Shown here piece by piece: positions 35,792 through 49,866 of a stretch of 64,000 nucleotides of DNA (position 1 is its first letter; the number at the start of each line of letters is the position of its first letter). Position numbers and translations under genes: made by a program. The stretch lies in assembly GCF_006345805.1 (NCBI RefSeq), contig NC_043009.1:37510001-37574000 (forward strand). The letters are read 5' to 3'. This stretch comes from Octopus sinensis (Eukaryota). A model generated the notes under the pieces. The model made no database searches. It was not told where the DNA came from and was given only the letters and a program-made list of their open reading frames with translations.

Positions 35792-36945
35792 AATATATGT
35801 AACAAAAAAAAGCACAAGTTTTTACACATTAGACGGCTGCACGGAAAACGAGTTCCACCGGGTCCTGATTCTGTAATTATGTGTTCTCTATTATAACTGT
35901 GGATTTTAATGTCAGTATAAACCTAATATACCACCTCAGGACCCACAAAGAGTACTGCTGCTGATGTGATCATCTTCATAAACATCAAGGACAAACATCA
36001 ATACACAACAAACATAAACATAACATTTGAATTTCCTGCTACGTACTACACCGTTCCCTCGCGGTGAAATTCTCTAACTATTGGTCCCGTAAAGCCATAA
36101 ACTGAACATTTTTAAAGAAATTTATAAGCTTTTATCTGTTTTAATAAATGATTTGTACGTATTTCCGCATATTTTGTTTAATTTTCTACTTCGGTTCTGA
36201 TTTTTAGGTGTGTTTTTTTTCTTAAAGATTTTATGCTTTTAAATATATTCGCAAAAACCAACATAAACTAGAATAAATCGAGTGACGTTGAGTTTTATTT
36301 TTTATTATTTTTCCATTAATTTCTTTATAAAAAAAATTAAAAAGCCGAAATAAATGCAACTCGAAATGTAAGTTGAAGTATAACGACCTCTGTTTTGTGT
36401 TGTTAGAAGCCTCAGTTCGGACAATTCGATAAAAATCACCGTCAAATCTCCCTTTAAACGCATAATCCAGTCCCTTAAAAACAACGCAGAGTGAAACCTT
36501 AATTATACCAAAAATACTTTAAGATAGGTAAATAATTGGCCACAGCACAGTGTCAAGGAAAAATAAATTCTGCGGTTGCCAAACAAACTAATAGCGAATG
36601 AAGTTTGAGTCAAAGTAGTACAGTATATGCAAGCAAATTTGTGTATTCATGTGCGTGTTCCTGCGCTACTGTACTAAGTAACATGGGGGTGTTCGTAACA
36701 ATAAACCTCCACCCTTTAACAAAAAGTTCGCAGTTCGGTGTATTTACAGTTTTCAATTTCAATAATATTTTCGTTATATTAACATGGCTAAGTCATTGTA
36801 CTTGGAGGGAGATGGTGTATCTATATGCAAAGATATTTGTCTACGTGGAGAGAAAGAATAACGGAAAAAGAATGAGTAGAGGCGAAACAGAAAAAAAAAA
36901 GCAGTTAAGCAAGTAAATAGATATATAAACAAAAGCTCAAAACCC

Positions 36946-37400
36946 ACTTACCAATATTTAATTTGCAGTGTATACTTACAAGTATACATATAGACATTCC
37001 GCCCTTAATTTTTGTCAGAAGTATCTAAAATATTACAAATTACAAAACTTTAATACTTCCGATAAATTGTGCGAGACTGATACTTTGCTCCGTCCCCGTG
37101 TGATAATCCAGTCTGAAGATACAAAATAACGTAAATTATGGAAAAGGTGCTTCTCCGTCATCATTTAATTATTAAATTTTCCTTTATTATTGTTCCGACG
37201 CAACCCAGAACAGCCTAGTGATTGGGCCTATGTAAACATAGGCGTGCTCGTTACGACCATCCTAGATTTTGTACTACAATATTAGGGACTATATTATTAA
37301 AAATCCCGCTTCCTTTGTTTTGAGACGGTAGGATCCGATTTGAGAGAACTGGCTGCTATTTCACGGAGATCGAACAAACCTCTCTGTTATTTATTTAGTT
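36946..37400 (-). promoter_or_regulatory. Candidate promoter / first exon for the Tigger-derived ORF
   Basis: CpG-enriched relative to flanks; strong minus-strand donor TTG|GTAAGT at 36952/36951. A branch point TACTGAC (35917-35911) and acceptor CACAG (35898) lie upstream of the ORF. Confidence 0.3.
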
Positions 37401-38111
37401 TTGAAGACAAAACTTAGAAGTCCTAAAGCAAAACTTATATCTATCCGGTGTTACTTAAAGTGTGTGAACGTGTTTATATATATATATATAAATACACACT
37501 AACACACATGCATATTGGGTAGCGTTAAAATTTGGATTACATTTCAAATAAATATATATACACTCACCATCAATTTCAGCTTTTCTCATTTTGTTTTGGA
37601 TTTAGTGTTTCGTGATTAAAAGTGAAAATGAAAACTAGGATTGTTACCCAGCATGCCTTCTTGAGCACTCGTGCGATCTCTCTATCCGTTGTAGGACGGC
37701 CTCGAAGTTATTTAACTGTTTGTGATATATATATATAAGGAAGTTATTGCTATGGCCGGTCAGTGTAACCATTTTAAATCGAAAATAGTCATATAGGCTA
37801 GTAGCTGCAGTATATATTCATGTTTATCAATAATATGGAGCCATTATTCCTTAATTTCTGCTTGTTAAACCTAGAGTTTATAACGATAAACTATTTCCAT
37901 TAAATTATACGTACACGCGTGCACACACACACATTATGTGTGTATATAATCTTTTACTTATTTTAGTTACTACGGCCATGCTAGGGCATCAGCTTAATGA
38001 TGATATATATATCGGGGTCGATAAATTAAGTACCAGTTGCGTACTAGGGTCGATCTAATCGACTGCCCCCCCTCCCAAAAATATTTCGGGCCATGTACCT
38101 AGAGTAGAAAA

Positions 38112-38151
<40 letters not shown>

Positions 38152-39469
38152 TAAAAGTTGTTGAGAGTGCATTAGATTTATATTAATATTAGTTTCAAAT
38201 TCTGGCACAAGGCCAGCAATTTGGGAGAAGGGAATAAGTCGATTACACCAACCCCACTGTTCAATTAGTATTTATTTTATCAACCCCAAAAGCATAAGTC
38301 GACCTTGGCGGAATTTTATTTTTTTTTATACTATTACTTGTATAGGTTAGTAAAAATTGTGTGTGTGAGAGAGTTTTTCCCCCACGTGATTAGCGTAGAG
38401 AGACTTGAAAATAAGAGCTATTCCAATAAAAAGAAATTTAACTAGGAAAAGGAAAACCTGGAGAATGAAAGAATCCCTTCTCCCAATGAAAATGCAGCAA
38501 TTACTTTGCAGAAGTTTGAAAATGATCATAAATGCTGGGGAAAATCATCATTTAATGTCCGTTTTCCATGCTAGCATGGGCTGGACGGTTTAAAAGGAGC
38601 TGGCCAACTGAAAAGCTGCCTAGGTTCCATGCCAGTTTTAGCATGGTTTCTACAACTGGATGCATTTCCTAATGCCAACTACTTTACAGAATATACTGGG
38701 TGCTTTTATACAGCGTCAGCACCAATTCTTTTTTACTTGGTACCAACACCAATACTTTTTACATGACACCAGCACCAGTGCTTTTTGGGTGTCAGGAGAT
38801 GAAATGTGGGTTTGGTGGAGAGGAAGAAGGTTGAAAGGGTTGAGCCCCTCATGGGCAAGCTTTACCAAGGTGGTTTTAGGACATCAGTTGTTGTGGTAGG
38901 CAGGTGCATAAAGAAGTACCAATCAATTAAGGTGGATAGAAATAGTGGAAGGAGACCCAGGAAGACATGGGATGAAATATTGAAGGCTGATCTCAAGACA
39001 CTGAGCCTTACAGAGGAAACGACAAAGGACCGAGATGACTAGTGTTTTGCTGTACTCAAGAGGACCAGTCCAGCACAGAATAATTGATATCCTAAAATCC
39101 TTTTTGGTAATGTTTGTCCATGCAGGTAACCAGCTATAGAAACCATACCAAAGCAGACAAGAGAACTTTGCACAGCCCTTGTCAAACCATATAATCTATA
39201 CCAGCATGAAAAAGGATGTTAAATGATGATGTTACAATAAGTGTCTTACAGTTTTTAGTTACATTTGAGAATGTTTGTATATTACTGTATTTACTTGTGT
39301 AATTAATGAAGATCTTTAAACTTTAAGAGCACATAATATACATAAGAACTAGTTTGATGCATCTTAAAATTTGTGATTTTGTGTGTATGGCACCTCATCA
39401 TAACCATCTCCCTGCTATTCCCGCCACTCTTATATAATGCAGGATTGCCATGTGTCTTGTTTATAGTAA

Positions 39470-39565
39470 GACATCTGAAGATGAAGGAGGCTGTGACAAA
39501 GGTCCTGGACACCACTTTAGAGGGCCTTCATGAAGTAACTGGAGCAATGCAAGAAGTGCATTGAA
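39470..39565 (+). pseudogene. Short mariner transposase C-terminal remnant
   Basis: ..MKEAVTKVLDT.. followed by degenerate KW/KC motif. Confidence 0.45.
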
Positions 39566-41466
39566 GTTAGATTATCCTACTTTGAAGGAAATTAGAGTTT
39601 TGTACTCCTTTGAAATAAATTGTCTCTCCTGTAAAAGTCTCAAAATTCTGGAATGCACCTTGTATTTGCATGATTCTGGATTCAATTTTCCTTTGTCAAT
39701 GAAGACAAAATTTAGGAATTACATGAATTCACAAGTAGTCCTACAAATTATAATCAGCAAAAAAGTTCCAAGTTTTGATAAAGTCATGAATGAAAAGCAG
39801 GAACAAAGATGCTCTTTTTTATGACCAAATGCTCTTCCTGTTGCCAAGGTAATATTTTCCCCTGGTCTGGATATGATTTCATAGAACATAAATAAACATA
39901 AGTGGTTGTATGACAGTGGTGCATGATGTCTAGACAAGGTGATACATATATGTACAACAGGCTTCTTTTTCAGTTTACATGTACCAAATTCACTCAAGGC
40001 TTTGGTCAGCTTGAGGCTACAGAAGACACCTTCCAAAGATACCATGTAATGGGATTGGACTTAAAAACAATATGGCTGCAAAACGAACAGAACCATAGAC
40101 CCATGCCTACATATGTAAAACAAGCTTCTTTTTCAGTTTTTGTCAACCAAATTCACTTACAAGGCTTTTGGTTAACTTAAGGCTACAGTAGAAGACACTT
40201 GCCAAAGGTGCCATGTACTGTGACTGAACTCATAGCTGCAAAATGAACTGACCCACAAAAACCATTCTTTTGCATTAAACTGAATCACTGAATGTGGTTC
40301 AATTAAAAAAAACTATTTTCATCTGTAAACGTGATAATACTTTTGTAGACGCAAAAACTAATCAAACATTTCCTAGAACAGGGTACAGAAAAGGCCAGGA
40401 ATCACTACTCAGAATGGTTACTCAGCACTAATAGAAATAGTAACTGATCTCTCTCAAATCATATCCTGCCATATAATCTAGATATACAATAGCTGAATAA
40501 AAGACAGATAGTCATGGCTGGAGCATCTAGATCTTAGGGAAGTTATGAGGATAAACAACAGCAGTTATTTTTACAATGATCCCACTGAATTGTACCAAAG
40601 ATACATAGCTTGACTGTATTATTCTGTAATACCAATACTACAGCAAAGTGGATCATACTATTGTAGTATATAAATAGCTAGACTGTACCACTGTAGTACC
40701 AATTTAAAGTAAGGTGTAAGGCAGTGAGCTGGTAGAAACAATAGCACACTGAACAAAATGCTTAGTGACATTTCATCTGTCTTCATGTTCTGAGTTCTAA
40801 TTCCATCAAAGTTGACTTTCGTCCTTTCGGGGTTGATAAAATAAGTACCAGTTGAGCACTGGAGTCAATGTAATTGACTAGCCTTGTGCCTATAGTAGAA
40901 AGAATTTACAGTAAGGTGAATCATATCATTCTGTGGTACATACTGCAAGGTAAGCCATACATACATGAGTGGAGGGGACCCTGGACCATTTTGTGATATC
41001 CACTGCAATAGCAAAATCAGTAGAGTGATAGATTAAATGCCTTGTGATATTTATTTATTGATTCTTTTAGGTTATGTTCTAAGCTCAAATCCAACAGGGA
41101 TTGATTTGCTCTTCATTCTCCCTGGGGTCGAAAAAATAATATACCAGTGATGTACTGCAGGTGATCTAATTGTAGCCTTTCCCATGTGGCTTTATGCGAA
41201 TATTAGAAATTATTAAATGAAATGAAACAGAATAAAATAAGAATAAAAGAAAAAAAACTGCATGATAGCTAGATGATGAAATCTAATAAAAGTTCTTGGG
41301 AATTCTTTATTTTTGGAATAGTAAAAAAAAAGACTACCAAAAATAAAATTTAAAAACACATTCAATTTTTTTTTAACTTCTAGAAAAAAAACAACAAAAA
41401 CACACACACAAAGAGTTTTGTATTACATCATTTGTGTATGAATATCTAAGACATTAATATAAAGCA

Positions 41467-41733
41467 TTACTGTGATGCAGCTCTTTGTAGAATCTGTTGA
41501 AAGCGACTGGCCACTAGCAAAGAAGTGTCTATGAATCGATCGACGCAGTTTGAGATGCAAGTCTCTGTACGACTGTCCATCTTATCACGTGGTTTATCTA
41601 AGCAAGTGTCCCAACAGATATCAGTCAGTTTGTGAATCTGGCTCTGGAATTGTGCCTTTGCCTGCTCCTGTTGCAATGCTGCTTGCAGTTCTTTGTCACC
41701 GTCAAGTTTTTTGCTATCAAAGTCAAAAGACAT
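41467..41733 (-). CDS. TIMM8A: Mitochondrial import inner membrane translocase subunit Tim8 (small TIM chaperone, 88 aa)
   Basis: Twin CX3C motifs (CWDTC, CISNC), QIHKLTDICW and CVDRFIDTS typical of Tim8. Acceptor ttctttatttccAG at 41851-50; AATAAA at 41311-41306. Confidence 0.96.
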   Translation of the reverse strand: MSFDFDSKKLDGDKELQAALQQEQAKAQFQSQIHKLTDICWDTCLDKPRDKMDSRTETCISNCVDRFIDTSLLVASRFQQILQRAASQ

Positions 41734-43504
41734 CTTGTTCCTTGGTCAGAATCAGACGTCAATAAAATGATAGAAAGAGGGAGAAAATTGACAATGTTCT
41801 TTCGATGTAGCCTTCTCAGCAAGCAACCTTTCCACAACAAAAAGTAAATCTGGAAATAAAGAATTAAATTTTTTTCTCATTTTGTTTTAATAGAACAAGA
41901 AAGATAAAACAATAATACATAGTGTAAACAGTGTTTGAGTCAATGGGGGCCTCTACATGGTCAACTGACCTGCTAGAAATGAAATAACAACCAAATCTTC
42001 CTTAAATCCTATTGTCATGTTTTTAAAAAAAGAGCATATTGGATGATGTAGTCCTTGATACAAAATTCAGAAGGGAAAAGAAGAAAGAGTGGTCATGCCC
42101 ATACTCCTTGAAAAGATCTTAAGAGGGATGAGTGGGGTGAGGGTGGGAGTAGTCAGCAAGGTGACAGTTTGTAAGAAATTTAGCATGTAGATAAGAGTTT
42201 CTCAGGGCTCAGATCTCTCTCTTCCCACTCCTATTACAGTTCTCTAGGCCATGACAAAAGGGCCAAAAACATGCAGCCTATGAAAACTCATGTGTAATGA
42301 CAATCTAATTTTCATTGCTGAATCAGTTGAAGAATAAGATGAAAAGTTTCTTATGTAGAAATAAAGTCAAAGGATTAATAGGCCAAAAGGTCAATTTAGC
42401 AAATATGAAATTATTAGTTTGTAGAAAAAAAACCCAGAAACTACTACAAACTGGGAAGTAGCCATGTTCAATAAGGAATAAGTAGGAATTCTATAGTGTG
42501 TTCATTCATTTTTTACATCTGTTTTTCTTTGCTAGCAAGGGTTAGACAAATATATTATTAAGATATTATTTAACAGCTGAATATCCTTCCTACTGCTAAC
42601 CCTTACCTTTTGTTTAAGTGAGAGATCGATTATTCAACATGTCTTTGAAAGCTAGTGGATGATATTTGTTAACAAGAAAATGACATGTCACTGCTTGTAG
42701 CTCAGAAATTTACAAAAGAGAGGAAATATAAATAATCATACACACACACACACGCATGTACATGCATATCTGTCTATTTATCAGTCAATCAATCAATCAA
42801 TAATTCAATATATCTATCATCATTTTGCTGTCCACTTTTCCATATTCACATAGGTCAAACAGAATTTGAAGTGGATTTTCTATAACCAGATTCCCTTCCA
42901 ATCACCAACCCTCATCTGTTTCCAAGCAAAGTTTTATTCCCCTCAGGTCAGACATGTTTTCTGGGAAGATTGGAAACAAAGCACACAGACATGTTTTCTG
43001 GGAAGATTGGAAACAAAGCACACAACTTGTATAATAGTGACACTTGCTCACAACTACCAAGTGATGTCAAAGCAAAGAGACAGTAATACATACACACGCA
43101 TGCACACAACAGGCTTCTTTCAGTTTCTCTAGCAACTCCACTCACAAGACCTGCTTGGTTCAGGGCAATGATAGAAGACACTTGTCCAATGTGCCACTGA
43201 ACCCAAACAAAATTATGTGGTTAGGAAGCAACTTTTTATCACACAGTCACACATGCACACTACCAACCCTGGTGTCATGAACTGGGATTGAACCTGAAGC
43301 CAAATGGTTGGGAAGCAAACTTTTTACCACTGAGCCAAGCCTGTACCTTTATATAAACATCACCAGACATTTGATTTTAAAATATGGGCTAGTGAACCAA
43401 TCAATGTTTCACTGCATTTTTAGAGAGCATGACGCTGGAGTTGTTTGTGCACCAGATTCCTGAATGTTTTGTATTCTTTCAGCTGAAATGCTTCCAACAG
43501 TAGT

Positions 43505-43883
43505 ATACTCTTTTACTTGTTTCAGTCATTTGACTGTGGCCATGCTGGAGCACCGCCTTTAGTCGAGCAAATCGACCCTGGGACTTATTCTTTGGAAGCC
43601 CAGTACTTATTCTATTGGTCTCTTTTGCTGAACCGCTAAGTGACGGGGACGTAACCACACCAGCATCGGTTGTCAAGCAATGCTAGGGGGACAAACACAC
43701 ACACGCATACATATATATATACATATATATACGACAGGCTTCTTTCAGTTTCTGTCTACACAAGGCATTGGTCGGCCCGGGGCTATAGCAGATGACACTT
43801 GCCCAAGATGCCACGCAGTGGGACTGAACCCGGAACAATGTGGTTGGTTAGCAAGCTACTTACCACACAGCCACTCCTGCACC
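43505..43883 (-). mobile_element. tRNA-derived SINE (family B)
   Basis: Reverse complement of the 34019 copy. Confidence 0.9.
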
Positions 43884-44987
43884 TGTATCTGGAAATTTGT
43901 TTCAGATACTGATAAACCGCTGAATTGTGCAGGTAGAAATACCTATGCCATTGATGTGGATCATGGTTTCAGGTATGTGAAGTGTTTATGTTAACATAAA
44001 GGGGCTAATTCTTGAACAGCAATATCTTTCATACCATGATGACTGACAGTCAGCATAATTTTTCAGTTCTGAAAACCCAGAGCTAGTGTGGCATTTTATA
44101 GAATAGCAATGTTGTAGTAACCTGTGTTCAGTGAGGTATAAGTGACAGAGAGTTCACTGACATCAAGCCCACTACATTCACAACAGTGGGAGAGCATCCA
44201 AACAATCTGAATTATACAGTATAACAGTAAACCACCAAGCCCAAGGTGCTGTAGAATAGAATGAAAATAGACAGATCGTTGTCAGGGGAGATGAGGTTTG
44301 ACAGCTCTATTGTCATTCCTATTTTCATAAGGAGCATAGTACAACAAGCAGAAAGAAATGGGAGTAGAGAAAGGGTCATAGAGAGATGAATGGGAGTCAA
44401 AGAATTGGGGGAATGATATAGATGTGCACCTGATGGGGACATACTGGGCAAGAGACCTAAGAGGAGATATGTTACTCAGTTTAATACTTGTTTCCTCATG
44501 CATGCTCTGGTGAATGGTTCTTCTCCAGAATTGCATGTTGCCTATCAGCTCAGTCGTTTGTCATCTCCTCTGTGAGGACCTGCATCCAGAGATCAGTCTT
44601 CTTCACTTCATCCTCTGTCTTATGACCTCTTCCACGGGTTGTGTCCACTTTCACCATTCTGTACGTTTTTTTTTTTTTAACATGTCATTTTCCATATACA
44701 CTACATACTTTTCTTGGCTCGTTTGTATTCTGACATTCATGCAAAGGCCAGATCACAAAGCTTTTCTCTTTCCCTTCCCAACAGTACTCCCAAATGGTCA
44801 CATTCTTCAGCAAAAAGTCAATTGCTAGCAAGAAGAAAAAGAGCAATCAGGTGCAACCAGTCAGACAACAATAATGATACAGTGTGCGTCTCTGAGTGTA
44901 AACTCTGAATAAGAACTTACTTGGACTGTAACCTGTGCAACTCATGCTAGCATAAAATAACATAAAATGATATTTATCTGTCTAAAC

Positions 44988-45176
44988 CAGTGCTTTTCAA
45001 ACTTTTTGCTGGAGCGGAACCCCAAGGAAACATTCCACAGGCTCGTGGAACCCCTGTGCAATAATTTAATAGTCTTATGCACACATATCTGCACAGGAGA
45101 ATTAAAAATTACTGCCGATTTTAGCAGTTTTGTAACTTCTTGCGGAACCCCTGGACTGTACTGTTGAAAACCACTG
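44988..45176. mobile_element. hAT (Charlie-like) MITE, 189 bp
   Basis: TIR CAGTG(C/G)TTTTCAA; perfect 8-bp TSD gtctaaac at 44980-87 and 45177-84. Confidence 0.92.
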
Positions 45177-45992
45177 GTCTAAACACACACACAGTGTGTG
45201 TGTGATGGATTCTCTTGTAGTGAACAAATGAGAGTTCGGTAAAATAATGCGTTAACATAAAGCGCGACGGGCCACGAACGTGACTGACAGGTACAGGTCG
45301 ACAGGCCAGGATCGTGCCCAGATAGATGCATTTAATTTATGGGCGTTTGTTGGGGTCTAATGTCACTCAAACGCTCTGATACCCCACAGAATGCGAGAGG
45401 ATTATTAGTAAAACAAATGACTTTTCAGATGATGTAAAACTTGTCACCATTATATTTATACTAAGAAGATATTTTAACTATTTTTTTTTTTTTTTATGTG
45501 TATGTAGTCTCATTTTCATAAAATGTGCTCAACAGTCCATGCTATGTAAATGCAAATCCCAGTGCTTTATGGGTTAATCATGTTTCATTTACACGAATGT
45601 GTCTCTTGAGGCCTGCTGGTGCCTTGCAAACCTTTTGACAAATGGAACAAGTTGAGAACTCGGTTTGCTTGAGTGCTTGGGTATCATTTACTGTGTGGTT
45701 ACGTGAAAGGACGGTAAGACCTGCTTCGCTTCGTCCCACAAAACCACAATGACAGGTAAGGTTTCCATTTAGAAGAGCAGCGTTTTACCAGTATACAGGC
45801 ATTGAATATATGTATTTATGTATGTATAGATGGATAAACGCATATACAGCACTTCCAGTGAATATTTCCCACAGAAGTTAAGATAGAGGTCATATAAAAA
45901 TATTCTTCAAAATATGCTTGTATGAAAATATTGTATAGTGTAAAGATAATGGCGAAATAAGATCGGGAGATAAATATTTCGTCGCTTCTTAC

Positions 45993-46130
45993 CTGTAAAT
46001 ATATTTGAAAGGAAAATAACAAACGCCGGCTTTCTATGTCGACAAAGTCGCTGCGAGTTTAGTTCGAATCTTGCCGGAGGTTTGAGCTAAAAGCACATGC
46101 CTACACATTGACAACGGAAGTATAAACAAG
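45993..46130 (-). promoter_or_regulatory. Probable Tim8 promoter and non-coding first exon
   Basis: CpG-rich patch, ETS-like CGGAAG motif near 46115, consensus donor CAG|GTAAGA at 45993/45992. Confidence 0.5.
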
Positions 46131-46339
46131 TTATCTCCCATAGATTCCCATTCAAACTTGCCGTTCGCTGACACTGACGCTAATTATCTTAGCTAGGTCC
46201 TTGGTTGAAATTGATTTACGAATAAAACCCATTCCAACAATGACCATCTCGTCGTTTTTCTTACACTCTCACCTCGGACTATCCAATGTGTCGATTTGCT
46301 CTTTTTTTTTGATGCTGTAAAATATACAAAGTAAGAAAA

Positions 46340-46652
46340 CAGCACAGCTCCCATGACTTCAGGAAACATTTTTTCACGCTGAGAGTTGCTGAAGCATGGA
46401 ACAAACTGCCGGCATCAGTTGTTAGTTGTCGGAGCACTGCGTCCTTCAAAACTTCCATGCTTCCTGAGATTCGCCAACACTACACCTGATTTCCTCCCCT
46501 CCATACACACACAAGCATGTATCTGACTCATACATTGTTCGCTTTCCAGACATTTCTACATTACTGCATGTACTTTATATGCACTTTCTGACAAGTTGTG
46601 GTACACCTGAGCACTGTATACAATAATTTCATTATTATTATTATTATTATTA
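46340..46652 (+). mobile_element. CR1/L2-type LINE 3' end with (ATT)n tail
   Basis: RKHFFTLRVAEAWNKLPASVV followed by a 3'UTR and (att)n. Confidence 0.75.
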
Positions 46653-49600
46653 TATACTTTTGAAAGAGATTTTACTGCTATTTCTAGGAAACCGCGCGAC
46701 CATGTTTAGGTTTTCTTATTTCAGACATGCGAGTCACATATAACATGGCTTATCGTCAGGTGAGCTGTACAACATCAAACTGATTTTTCGTTAGGTGTGC
46801 CATTCAGAAAGGCCCATGAGCCACGAGTTACTGATGACTGCCTAATTGACTAGTGAAAATGTGTATTGTTTCTTCCCCCGAGGTTGTCTCTGATACCGCA
46901 GATTTACGGTTGAAGTGGTGCCCATTATAACATTCGTTTAGACATATTTATATCAAGGACTACACTATACAGAATGTCGTTCATTTATTAAGACAGAAGG
47001 ATATTTGGCTGTTGTTTCTAATGTGATGGGTGAACACGTAAAGGCTCGCTCACTGATTTGAGCGAAGTTTTCTGTTACAATTTTGTTCACGATTAAGATA
47101 TTTTATAGAAATACTAAATCAGCCCCAGTAACTGATCTCAATACTTTATTTCCTTGATTCTGAGAGGATGAAAGATAAAATTTAACCTTGGTGGGATTTG
47201 AACTCAGATGATCATGATATCAAATGCCTTCTTAAAGCCTATAAGAACATATAATTCTTTTTAGTGCTGACAATACTTCTCACAGGAGGTTCAGAGTTGA
47301 AGATTTGCTTGTTATTGCTTCTATTTTTTTTATAGAATCTTGCTTGGCTGATATTTTCTGCCTGGGGTTTCAGTTTATTCATGATGACTGAGCATTACAG
47401 CTTACAATCAAACATTATCACATATTCACACAGTGCCGAGTGGTCTTCACTAAAAGCATCCTAAGGTAGGATGATGGTGTAGGCTAGGCAATAAATTTAG
47501 TCTATGACATAAGAATAGGAATGAGACCTCTGATTAGCTTCCACAAAGATTCTGACAACCAAATTTTATTTACAAAGCAATGACAGAAGACACTTGTATT
47601 TCTATTTTCTGGAGTAGAGATCGGATGCTTGTGATAACTGGGTGGATTTTTAGTTGTCTAAGATCACAGAGTATTTTTGAAACCTTGAACTGACAGTTAA
47701 ACCATGGGTCAGTTAAATAACAATTATACATCAGAATACAAATCCATAGTATCTAATGCACAACTCACACATCTAAAATATAAGTAAATCATGTAGCTCC
47801 CCTACAGCAAGAAACTTGGTCTGCTCCAGACCTTTTCTCTTATACTTTACTCCTTATTCTTCTGGCAAAAAGTTTTCCGTTCCCCACTTGGGGTTTGTAT
47901 TCTCAGTAGCTGCATAGTGACTTTACTAGTGCAGGTGGCATGAAAAAAGCACCCAATATACACTGTAAAGTGGTTGGCATTAGGAACAGCAGCATCCACT
48001 GGGCACTAGAGCACAAAACAATCCTTGGGCCTGTCAGATTCTGACAAACTGATCAATCCAAGCTAGCATGGAGCATAGATGATAGTTGATGAGCATCATC
48101 ATTTAGCATCTGCTTTCCATGCTAGCCTGGGTTAGATGGTTTGACTGGAACTGATAGCTAGAGAGCTGCACCAAGTTCTGGTCTGATTTGACATGGTTTC
48201 TATCACTGGGTGCCCTTCCTAATGCCAACCATTCCAAGAGTGTAATAGGTGCTTTTTATGTGCCACCAGCACAGGTGTCAGTTACATGACACCAGCATTG
48301 GCCACAACTGCAATTTCACTCGGCTTGACGAGTCTTCAAGGACAGCATATTGCCAAAGGTTTCACTCAATTCTCATTGCCTCCATGAGTCCCAATGATGG
48401 AAAATAGGTAGAAATATAACAACTCAGGTTCTGGACAACAGCTTCAGATGCTATAAACTTCTGGAATGTGAAGGTATCCATTATTAAGAAGCAAAAACCA
48501 CCATAAAAGAAAAGACAAGAATTAGATGAGGAAAAACATATTTAGTATCTCTAAGCAGTAAGGTTATGTGAACCAATGTTTCCGACTCCCAAGATATAGA
48601 TGCAAACACAAATCAAATAGTCTAAAAGGCGAGTCACAGTTTGAAAACGCTTATGGAATAAGCAACAAAATTTATACCAGCAATGAGACTCTCCATTGAA
48701 CATTTATTTTGTTATACACCATTGTTTACTCATCCAGGTGCTTTATATACATTCATATGTTTGCTTGATATTGCAATTATTCCATCCACAAATTCATTGC
48801 TTACCTTACACATAACTGCACTGACCTTCTATTCATGATACATAGAACTTGTGTGCATGCATGCATACATATATATATATATATACATACATGTGCAAAA
48901 TTCACATTTGGAAATCACATAAGCCAATCATATAAGCCATGTAAAGTAGTCTCTCTTGTTAATGAATATAGACCTTGGCCAGGTTACCTACATTATATCT
49001 TAGTAATTTGATTTCAACCATGTGACTGGGCTTGACCAATAAGAACTGACCAACATGGTTTGGTTTCATCAGTAACTGTTGGTATTTACTTCTATTTCTG
49101 GGGTATATCTGTCATACAAATATTTTGTATGTATGTAAAACTCAGTGTAATGTACAAGTGAATCACCATATCTATGTATTTATTCTTTTATATGTTCTGC
49201 CCAGAGGCAGTGACCAAGCTGGAGCATTGCCATTATGGTACTGTATTTTCCAGCATACAAATAGACTCATTTATAGTATAAACATGTAGTGCAAACTTTC
49301 TCATTATTTTTCCAAATTCTGCTGCATTTCACATGAAATTTTTAGTCCTCCAAAATCATCTTGTTGTATAAGATGACTAATCATTTTTGACTGTAAATTT
49401 TGGTTTGGAAAAATTTGACTTATATGCCAGAAAATACAGTATGTATACATACATACCTTTGGTGATTAATACACACGCATGCACTCACACACACATGCAT
49501 GCTCTCACACACAGACATGCACACTCTCACACATGCACACTCACACACAAAGATAGGGAAAAGAACACACACACACACAAATTTGGTGACTGGATGGTCA

Positions 49601-49772
49601 TGTCTGAAATGCCTTTGATCAGAATCCCTTCAATCAGTGGTGACACGAAGCTAAGACAACGAAAACAACAGGGACAACAACATAGAGCACGCTAACAATG
49701 GTTTTCAGAGAACATGGAATTATACATAAACATTTGGTATTCATTTGAAAAGAAAATCTTCAACTTTGTAGA

Positions 49773-49782
49773 TTTATTTATT
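49773..49782 (-). terminator. Candidate SPATA5 polyadenylation signal (overlapping AATAAA x2)
   Basis: tttatttatt on the plus strand, ~85 nt after the stop. Confidence 0.5.
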
Positions 49783-49866
49783 TTTGTAGAATAACAAAAC
49801 ATATCAATTGTTCAATAAGTATATATGTTTGCATGTGTGAGTGTATGTGTGTGTATATATGTGATA

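Noticed and set aside
36044-36066. TACACCGTTCCCTCGC as a Tigger TIR for the CENP-B-like ORF
   Set aside because: Wrong orientation for that ORF, and no matching partner end.
41550-41847. ORFs overlapping Tim8
   Set aside because: Alternative frames with no homology.
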